NCBI GenBank assembly: GCA_013823725.1
Contig: PNMQ01000004.1
Coordinates: forward strand, 119,156 to 183,155
Length of the DNA: 64,000 bases
DNA from: Candidatus Pelagibacter sp.
Lineage (GTDB): Bacteria > Pseudomonadota > Alphaproteobacteria > Paracaedibacterales > CAIOTO01
Reading direction: 5' to 3'
The position numbers and the translations under genes were made by a program. Shown here piece after piece: positions 30,552 through 37,564 of the stretch; position 1 is the first letter of the stretch, and every line of letters starts with the position of its first letter. The notes under the pieces are model-generated. The model worked only from the letters and a program-made list of their open reading frames with translations. It did not search any database and was not told the DNA's origin.

Positions 30552-32467
30552 AATTAGAAAGTGTCATAACATCTGACCAGATTCAAAACGAAACACATTC
30601 ATCATCTAAAAAAAATCAGTCTATGATTTTAGCATGTATAGGAGTTGTGTTTGGGGATATTGGAACAAGTCCTTTATATGCATTGAAAACTTCTTTCTCT
30701 TTATGTGGTCTTGATGCAAATGCGCTAAACATATTGGGTATTACTTCTTTGATTATATGGTCGTTACTGTTAATTGTAAGTTATAAATACTTCTTTTGGG
30801 TTATGCCAATTCATAATAAAGGAGAAGGTGGTCTTATTTCTCTTATGGCGCGCTGCTTAGAAAATGAAAAATCAGAGAAGATGAAACGCATTGTTTTAGC
30901 TCTTACCTTTATTGGAATAGGTTTTTTTATTGGAGATGGCATGATCACACCAGCAATTTCTGTGATGAGTGCTGTTGAAGGTTTATCTGTTTACTCTCCC
31001 AGCCTTGCAAACTATGTTGTTCCCGTATCTTTATCTATTCTTATTTTGCTCTTTACTTTGCAACACAAAGGAAGTTTTGTTTTAGGTTCTGTATTTGGAT
31101 ATTTTATTGTTTTGTGGTTTTTATGGTTAGCAGGATTAGGAGTTGCACAAATAATTAAAGACCCTAGTATTTTAAAAGCTTTAAATCCAATATGGGGATT
31201 GCGTTTTATTCTAAAATATCCCTCAGGGGCATTCTTAGCTTTTGGCGGAATCATTTTAGCCGTCACAGGATGTGAAGCACTGTATGCTGATTTAGGGCAT
31301 TTTGGCATCAAGCCCATCAAAATATCATGGTTTTTTATTGTACTGCCTTGTCTCATGCTTAATTATTTAGGTCAAGCAACATTGCTGTTAATTAATCCAG
31401 ATTATCTAAATAATATTTTTTATCAACTTGTTCCTTTTGAATGGATTCCTTTCTCTGTCTTAATTGCAACGATTGCTTCTGTTATAGCCTCTCAATCCAT
31501 TATTTCTGGTATTTTTTCAATTGTTAGACATTGCATCATGCTGGATTTTATTCCCAGATTAAAAATCAAACACACATCTTCAGACTATATAGGACAGGTC
31601 TATATTCCATCTATCAATTATACGCTGCTCATTTTATGCTGTTTAATTGTTCAAATATTCCAAAATTCGGATAGATTATCTCATGCCTATGGTTTATCAG
31701 TTGTGGGTACAATGCTTATTACCAGCATCTTGCTTTTTTTAATCATAAAAAAGAATATATTTATCAATACATATAAACGATATCTAGCCTTTGCTATTAT
31801 CACTGTTTTCATAATGATTGATCTTCTGTTTTTAGGTTCTTCTCTCATAAAATTTTTTGAAGGAGGATGGGTAACCATTGTTATAAGCGTTTTAATCTAT
31901 GCCATTATTGACACATGGATCTCTGGACGAAAAATGATAGATAATATCAGTAAATTAAAAGCATTTAAAATCAAAGATTATCTAAAAAAAAATGTGCATT
32001 CTGAAAAAAGACTAGTTCCAGGAACAGCTGTTTTTTTTAACAGATCGTCCAATATAATACCGACTTCATTTGATACGTATATACAAAACAATCCATACTC
32101 TCATGAAAAAATTATATTCCTCACTGTTCATGTCACGTATCAGCCGCGTACAATTCCATCTAAAAATATGACCATCGAAGAAATACATGATAATATTTGG
32201 TCTGTTGTTGTGCATTATGGATATAAGCAAACCCCAGATATACAAAAAGCATTAAAATGGTTTTGCGAAAATGTCCACGAAATTGATTTACAAAATATTC
32301 AGTTCTATTTTAGCCAACAAATATTTTTAGTAGGCAAACATCCTTTCAAGCGTAAAGTTCAAAGAACTTTATTTCAGTACTTATCAAAAATATCGTTAAG
32401 AAGTACTGATTTTTTTAAAATCCCTCATTCTCATTTAATCGAACTTGGTGCTTATACCAAAATTTAA
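30548..32467 (+). CDS. kup: KUP/HAK/KT potassium uptake protein
   Basis: GVVFGDIGTSPLYA motif, about 12 TM segments, and a cytoplasmic C-terminal domain. Confidence 0.95.
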   Translation: MKLESVITSDQIQNETHSSSKKNQSMILACIGVVFGDIGTSPLYALKTSFSLCGLDANALNILGITSLIIWSLLLIVSYKYFFWVMPIHNKGEGGLISLMARCLENEKSEKMKRIVLALTFIGIGFFIGDGMITPAISVMSAVEGLSVYSPSLANYVVPVSLSILILLFTLQHKGSFVLGSVFGYFIVLWFLWLAGLGVAQIIKDPSILKALNPIWGLRFILKYPSGAFLAFGGIILAVTGCEALYADLGHFGIKPIKISWFFIVLPCLMLNYLGQATLLLINPDYLNNIFYQLVPFEWIPFSVLIATIASVIASQSIISGIFSIVRHCIMLDFIPRLKIKHTSSDYIGQVYIPSINYTLLILCCLIVQIFQNSDRLSHAYGLSVVGTMLITSILLFLIIKKNIFINTYKRYLAFAIITVFIMIDLLFLGSSLIKFFEGGWVTIVISVLIYAIIDTWISGRKMIDNISKLKAFKIKDYLKKNVHSEKRLVPGTAVFFNRSSNIIPTSFDTYIQNNPYSHEKIIFLTVHVTYQPRTIPSKNMTIEEIHDNIWSVVVHYGYKQTPDIQKALKWFCENVHEIDLQNIQFYFSQQIFLVGKHPFKRKVQRTLFQYLSKISLRSTDFFKIPHSHLIELGAYTKI

Positions 32468-33339
32468 ATATTGGTATATTGTTTTAAAATCTCTTTTAAT
32501 ATCTGACTTCTCCATGATTGATGAAATGGGTGCAGAGGATTTTCGGAATCTAAAACAAAAGACTGAATCATATCATTGGAAGCAAGGATAGATAAAGGAA
32601 TCGAAATGTCATGAGAAATTTTTTGTATACTTTTTTTGCAATCGAAAAACTTTTGCCTGTGCGTTGAATCTAAACGCATAGGCTCGAGGCGTGTTTTTTC
32701 ACCAATCAGAATATTGTGTAAATTTTTTTCATATTCTCTATGATAAGCGCGACACCATTCATAGCGACCTAAGTTTTTTAATTCATCTTGAATTTTGGGG
32801 AAAATTTTTTGAATATAGTAAACATCATTTGCAGCATATGCTATTTGATGTGCAGATAACGGTCTATTGTTCCATTGGCTATGTTGCAAGGATTTATCAA
32901 CGATAACGTCTAAATAATGCTCAGCTAATTCTGACAAGCCAATGCTTAACCCAAAACCTAAAAAACTAGAAGCTACTTGAAGATCAAAAAAAGCATAAGG
33001 GAAAAGCCCTATAGATTGAAAAATTCCTTCTAAATCTTGTCGAACACTATGAAAAACAAATGTCTTTTTTGTTTTTAAAAAAAAATTTTTTAAAGATTCT
33101 TGCACAGATTCTTGCTGGCAATCTATGATGTATATTTTAGATTCTTCTGATTTTTCAAAAGGATCATACGTAATTTGTATCAGTTGAAGTGTTGGTAACG
33201 AATCTTTGATTCTGATAAATTCTGTATCACAAAATAAATATTCCGTTTGAACTTCAGACAATTCTTCCAGAACAGTATTTGCTTTTTCAACAGAATCGAT
33301 CCAGTGATATGATAATTCAGTGATCATTTTTCTTTCCAA
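32464..33339 (-). CDS. rnd: Ribonuclease D-like 3'-5' exonuclease (DEDDy), short form
   Basis: Exo motifs DTEF, HSVRQDLE and YAANDVYY. At 291 aa it is shorter than the E. coli enzyme. Confidence 0.7.
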   Translation of the reverse strand: MERKMITELSYHWIDSVEKANTVLEELSEVQTEYLFCDTEFIRIKDSLPTLQLIQITYDPFEKSEESKIYIIDCQQESVQESLKNFFLKTKKTFVFHSVRQDLEGIFQSIGLFPYAFFDLQVASSFLGFGLSIGLSELAEHYLDVIVDKSLQHSQWNNRPLSAHQIAYAANDVYYIQKIFPKIQDELKNLGRYEWCRAYHREYEKNLHNILIGEKTRLEPMRLDSTHRQKFFDCKKSIQKISHDISIPLSILASNDMIQSFVLDSENPLHPFHQSWRSQILKEILKQYTNI

Positions 33340-34781
33340 AACGAAGGCATAAAGAGTATCAGAATCGTAATCAACTCTAAACGACCTAGTATCATACTAA
33401 ACATCATGACAATTTTTGTAAAAACATTTAAGGATGCTAAAGAACCATTTGTCGGCGACAAATCTAAACCAGATCCCACATTCCCTAATGTGCACACACT
33501 GATGGTTATACTCTCATGAAAAGAAAGACCTTGCAGCGAAAAAATAACTGATAATACTAAAATTGTGAAGAAATAAATGACAGCAAAAGCCATAACCGCA
33601 AAAGCTATATTTTCAGATATGTTTTCATTTTGAAATTTGGGGACTGAAATTTGATAGGAATTCTTCAATTGCTTTAAATATTTTTGCGTTAAATTTATCA
33701 AAATCTGAAATCTAAAAATTTTTATCCCCCCACTTGTAGATCCAGAACAACCACCACTTAAGCTTAAAATAAATATCATTAAGGATATAAAACTGCCCCA
33801 CTCATGATAGTTATCCAATGCTAAGCCTGTTGTGCTGACATAAGAGATGACCAAAAAACTGGATTTTCTCAATGCAACAAACATATTAGTGTGGTTTGAA
33901 TAAAAATACCACAAAGTAACTATGGCAGTGGTAATCAGAATATAGAGCACATAAGATTTAAATTGACTATCATGAAATGCTGACCAATCTTTATTGAATA
34001 ATATTCGAATATATAAAATAAATGGACTTCCTCCTATTAACATAAAGAACATAATAATAATTTCATTCCAAACAGATCCTATGCCTTGCGTAATCTCGTT
34101 CGATGAAGTTAATCCACCCGTTGAAATAGAAGACATAGCAAAGCAAAGAGCGTCAAAAAATTTGGTTCCTGTTAATAATAATAGTAGGATGCATAACACT
34201 GTAAAAAAGGCATATACTGATAATATAGCACTTGCAATCTGTGAAATTTTTGGCAAAATCTTATTGGTCTTGTCAGAAAACTCTGACCGATAAAGCTGAA
34301 TTCCACCAATACGTAATTGAGGGAAAAATGTCATTGCCATAACGACGATCCCAATACCTCCTAGCCATTGAAGGATAGATCTCCATAAAATAACGCATTT
34401 ATCAATCTTTTTGATATCAGTAATGACGGTTGCACCTGTGGTCGTAAAGGATGAAAATCCTTCGAAGAAGCAGTCTAAAATTGAAATTCCAGGTATATTT
34501 CCAATAAAAGGAAGTCCCGAAAAAAGAGGGAGAACCAACCAAATAGCAGTTGTTGTTATGAATGCATCTTTCGTTCCTAAATTAATTTCCCCTGAAGGTT
34601 TAAAAGATAGCCAGAGCATGATACCGAAAAAAAAAGTTGTTACGAATGCATAAAAAAAACGGATATTAAATAGCTCATAAACCAGAAATTCGTACGCAAC
34701 GGGTAATAACATCGTCATCGAAAGACCCGTCAAAAGTCCCCCAACAATGTAAAAGGTTGTTTTTAAATTGATATTATTCAT
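33324..34781 (-). CDS. trkH: Trk-type potassium uptake membrane subunit TrkH
   Basis: A 485-aa polytopic protein with repeated M-P-M pore-loop regions (TTTGATV, ISTGGLTS, STTGLA, NVGSGL). Confidence 0.9.
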   Translation of the reverse strand: MNNINLKTTFYIVGGLLTGLSMTMLLPVAYEFLVYELFNIRFFYAFVTTFFFGIMLWLSFKPSGEINLGTKDAFITTTAIWLVLPLFSGLPFIGNIPGISILDCFFEGFSSFTTTGATVITDIKKIDKCVILWRSILQWLGGIGIVVMAMTFFPQLRIGGIQLYRSEFSDKTNKILPKISQIASAILSVYAFFTVLCILLLLLTGTKFFDALCFAMSSISTGGLTSSNEITQGIGSVWNEIIIMFFMLIGGSPFILYIRILFNKDWSAFHDSQFKSYVLYILITTAIVTLWYFYSNHTNMFVALRKSSFLVISYVSTTGLALDNYHEWGSFISLMIFILSLSGGCSGSTSGGIKIFRFQILINLTQKYLKQLKNSYQISVPKFQNENISENIAFAVMAFAVIYFFTILVLSVIFSLQGLSFHESITISVCTLGNVGSGLDLSPTNGSLASLNVFTKIVMMFSMILGRLELITILILFMPSFWKEK

Positions 34782-35512
34782 TGCAGTACAGGAGGAACAA
34801 AATTTTGTGGAAGAGGTGAATTCTTTGGCAACGTTTTTAAATTAGATTGTTGTCTTTTGGACTGATTATTACGATTGGATTGATACTGATTCTTCTGAGA
34901 ACGACTGATTTTTCTTCTTTGTTGCGAGCGATCTGTCATAGACGGTGTAGGCCTTTGATTCGTTTGAAAAATTCGATTAGGAACCGATTGCGGAGGGATA
35001 TTATTTCTTACATTTCTTCTTGGGCGTTGAGCATTATTCATTGATGTTTTTGTTTGAGCATCACCAGGAACATACATTACTTGCGTATTAGGAACGTATC
35101 GCATTTTAACAGGAGCAGCAGCAAATCTATTGTTTTGATGAAGATTATTCGTTGACCCACGATTCGCAACGGCATGACGCATAACAGGCTTATTATTACG
35201 CTCTATTGCGTGCAAAGATCTTTGCGGATGCATTTTGCGCACCTGGAATTGCGACTGATTTTTTTGAACCATCTGATTATGAACAGCCTGATGTTGCCTT
35301 ACAACCGGAGCTGCAACATATGGAGAAAAAGGATCAAATTCTGGAACATAAGAAACTTGCTCCATTTTATGAGAAACAAGTTCTGAGCTTAACAATATAT
35401 TGGACTCTTTATCAGATATTTTAAGAGCAAGCAAAAAACCTGAGTACATAAACAAAACGCTAACCAGCACCACCACTACACTCGTCAAAAAAACATGCGA
35501 TCTATTCATCAT
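34778..35512 (-). CDS. Hypothetical single-pass membrane protein with basic Q/N/R/P-rich low-complexity tail
   Basis: The ATG at 35512 is preceded by AAGGA. A TM segment (VFLTSVVVVLVSVLFMYSGFLLAL) is followed by about 200 residues rich in Q, N, R and P. The stop codon overlaps the trkH ATG (ATGA). The track start at 35722 is probably an extension. Confidence 0.45.
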   Translation of the reverse strand: MMNRSHVFLTSVVVVLVSVLFMYSGFLLALKISDKESNILLSSELVSHKMEQVSYVPEFDPFSPYVAAPVVRQHQAVHNQMVQKNQSQFQVRKMHPQRSLHAIERNNKPVMRHAVANRGSTNNLHQNNRFAAAPVKMRYVPNTQVMYVPGDAQTKTSMNNAQRPRRNVRNNIPPQSVPNRIFQTNQRPTPSMTDRSQQRRKISRSQKNQYQSNRNNQSKRQQSNLKTLPKNSPLPQNFVPPVLQ

Positions 35513-35944
35513 ATTTTTTTTCCTTGTTTGGAGCCATTGATTTACAAACTTTAATATATATATCCATAATGTAATTCTACCATGAAGTTCAGGAGAATAA
35601 TGCGAAGAAAATGATCGTTCGCTAAAAAGTTCTGATGCTTCAAAATAAGGCGTTTTCCTTATCAGGTCAGTCTGATAAGCATCGTTGTGTCTTAAATTTT
35701 GAGAAGCTTGCGCGACTAACATTCATTCAATAAAAAGATCCTATTTATTTAATAGTAATATAAAATGATTTCTCATACACATTTTTTTGAATGTATAAAT
35801 ATTTCATTTTCATTATTAATGATAAATAAGAAACACTTTGTAGACTCAATTTATTTTCTATGGGTATTTATTCACTAAGCCTTGTGTCCACATTTGATCA
35901 TCTAAAGCAATTTCACCCGTACACAAATGAGGTGATTGATTTTT

Positions 35945-35972
35945 AGAAAAATGTGATTAAAAAGCAATCACA
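35945..35972 (-). terminator. Candidate rho-independent terminator after the GT-B-like gene
   Basis: On the minus strand, stem TGTGATT/AATCACA with a 7-nt loop is followed by a T-run (ATTTTTCT). Confidence 0.4.
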
Positions 35973-35994
35973 GCATTTTAAACTAAAACTTGTA

Positions 35995-37011
35995 TTATTT
36001 TTTCAACTCATCTATCAATGCAGACTTGATACAAAGAATTTGATCAGCCAATGGTGTTTGAGAGTAATCAGTTATTACTTGAGAAGGATCTTCCCTATTA
36101 ATTTCAGAAATTGCGAAAGCACGTTGTGACTGATAAAGATCTTTCACAAAAATTTTAGAAGTCGATGTCATTGCATCATGCTCATAAATAATAGGTTTTA
36201 TTCCCAAACTAAGTGCTTCGGAAATCATAGATGTAGATTCTCCCGGAAGAATCAAACCAACGCCTTTGTTATCAAAACAAAACTTCAATGCAGCATCCCA
36301 TAAACTAGGTACACCAAATTGAAAGTCTTCAATTTTCCATAAAGGTTTATTTTGATCCATGACAAATTGAGTAATATAATCTGTTGTTGCTCGATGAGCC
36401 GTAGGATCTACTTCATCACTTTTTTCTAAATATTTACCGGTGCGAGGACCATTTAGAAATAGCATCTCTTGGTTTTGAGGAAGTTGATTCATCAAAGAGT
36501 TTACCATAGCACGATCATATTTTACCCAACGACCATCCGATTGTTCTGTGTCACCAGCCAACATAATAATAAATTTTGTTTGAGCAGAAATTATTTTAGC
36601 TGGAGATTCATAAGCCCTTATAAAATCGATAGTCTTTCCATGTAATACTCCATCTATGGTAATAATCTTTTGACCACGATTTTTTATAAAATCAAATTTT
36701 TCATCAACGGCATGTTTGGGTACCACAATAATAATATCGTTTGATATATCTTTTAGCGCGTCTAACCATTGCCATATCAGTAATATTCTATAATCACTAG
36801 AGGAAGGCATTTTGAAAGCTTCGCATCCACTGTGTCCAGCACCTATTATTATGTTTTTTATTGCAAGTTGCTTTTCGCTTTGAATGCAAGATCTTAACGC
36901 TTGAATCATCTGTTGCTCGCCTTTGTTAGCGGTTTCAATATCAACAGATCCATATGCCTGAATAACAAAAAGAAATATCGTAAATACGTTTAAAATTTTT
37001 TTCATCATCAT
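35995..37011 (-). CDS. Signal-anchored GT-B-fold glycosyltransferase-like protein (ELM1/DUF1022- or LpxB-like), function unknown
   Basis: The start MMMKKILNVFTIFLFVIQAYGS (ATG at 37011) forms the anchor. Glycosyltransferase-like blocks follow: IIIGAGHSG, FIIMLAGDTEQSDG, NGPRTG and ILPGESTSMISEALSLGIKPIIY. This is family recall only. Confidence 0.3.
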   Translation of the reverse strand: MMMKKILNVFTIFLFVIQAYGSVDIETANKGEQQMIQALRSCIQSEKQLAIKNIIIGAGHSGCEAFKMPSSSDYRILLIWQWLDALKDISNDIIIVVPKHAVDEKFDFIKNRGQKIITIDGVLHGKTIDFIRAYESPAKIISAQTKFIIMLAGDTEQSDGRWVKYDRAMVNSLMNQLPQNQEMLFLNGPRTGKYLEKSDEVDPTAHRATTDYITQFVMDQNKPLWKIEDFQFGVPSLWDAALKFCFDNKGVGLILPGESTSMISEALSLGIKPIIYEHDAMTSTSKIFVKDLYQSQRAFAISEINREDPSQVITDYSQTPLADQILCIKSALIDELKK

Positions 37012-37130
37012 TTTTTTTACAAGATCTACATGTAAAATAATAACATATTCTTGAAAAAGCAAATTGAAAATAAGGGCATCATCAAAAATATTGACGCACT
37101 ATCTAACCTTTTAAAGATAATATTTTCCCT

Positions 37131-37172
37131 TTCTTATTTCTTATTTCTTATTTCTTATTTCTTATTTCTTAT
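37131..37172. repeat. Perfect heptanucleotide tandem repeat (TTCTTAT)x6
   Basis: Read directly from the sequence: six uninterrupted copies. It spans the last codons and the stop of fliS and the start of the fliS to GT-B-like intergenic region. Confidence 0.97.
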
Positions 37173-37551
37173 TTTTATGACTCCATACTTCAATCATATT
37201 ATCCAAACTCAACAAGACATCATCTAGTGCTTTCTTGTTTTTTTCTTGCGCTAGTTGATTAACCGTTGATATTAGAGACTCAAAATAGATTTCCCACGAT
37301 AGTTGATTTTTGTTCACTCCATGAACTGTCTTCGTATAATCTTCTTTTGTTTCTGTTTGAAAAAATTCTTTCAGCCCATACATTACAAATATTGCTTTTT
37401 GATAGAGTCTGGAAAAACTTTCAAAATCACCTATATCACGTTTCTCTTCTGCTTCTTGCAAGAACCGTCTCAGGCTTTTAAATAAAAAAGCGACCTGTAA
37501 AGTTGGGTGTTGATAAGTAATAGATAAATTTTGAAATTTGGTATATGTCAT
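37162..37551 (-). CDS. fliS: Flagellar export chaperone FliS
   Basis: 129 aa with a predicted helical-bundle pattern (..QKAIFVMYGLKEF.., C-terminal LLSLDNMIEVW). It starts 13 nt downstream of fliD, in the canonical fliC-fliD-fliS order. Confidence 0.55.
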   Translation of the reverse strand: MTYTKFQNLSITYQHPTLQVAFLFKSLRRFLQEAEEKRDIGDFESFSRLYQKAIFVMYGLKEFFQTETKEDYTKTVHGVNKNQLSWEIYFESLISTVNQLAQEKNKKALDDVLLSLDNMIEVWSHKNKK

Positions 37552-37564
37552 TTTTTTTCCTAAT

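Noticed and set aside
37131-37172. Whether the (TTCTTAT)x6 array could be a CRISPR or other spaced repeat.
   Set aside because: The units are contiguous 7-mers with no spacers, and there are no cas genes. It is a simple sequence repeat.
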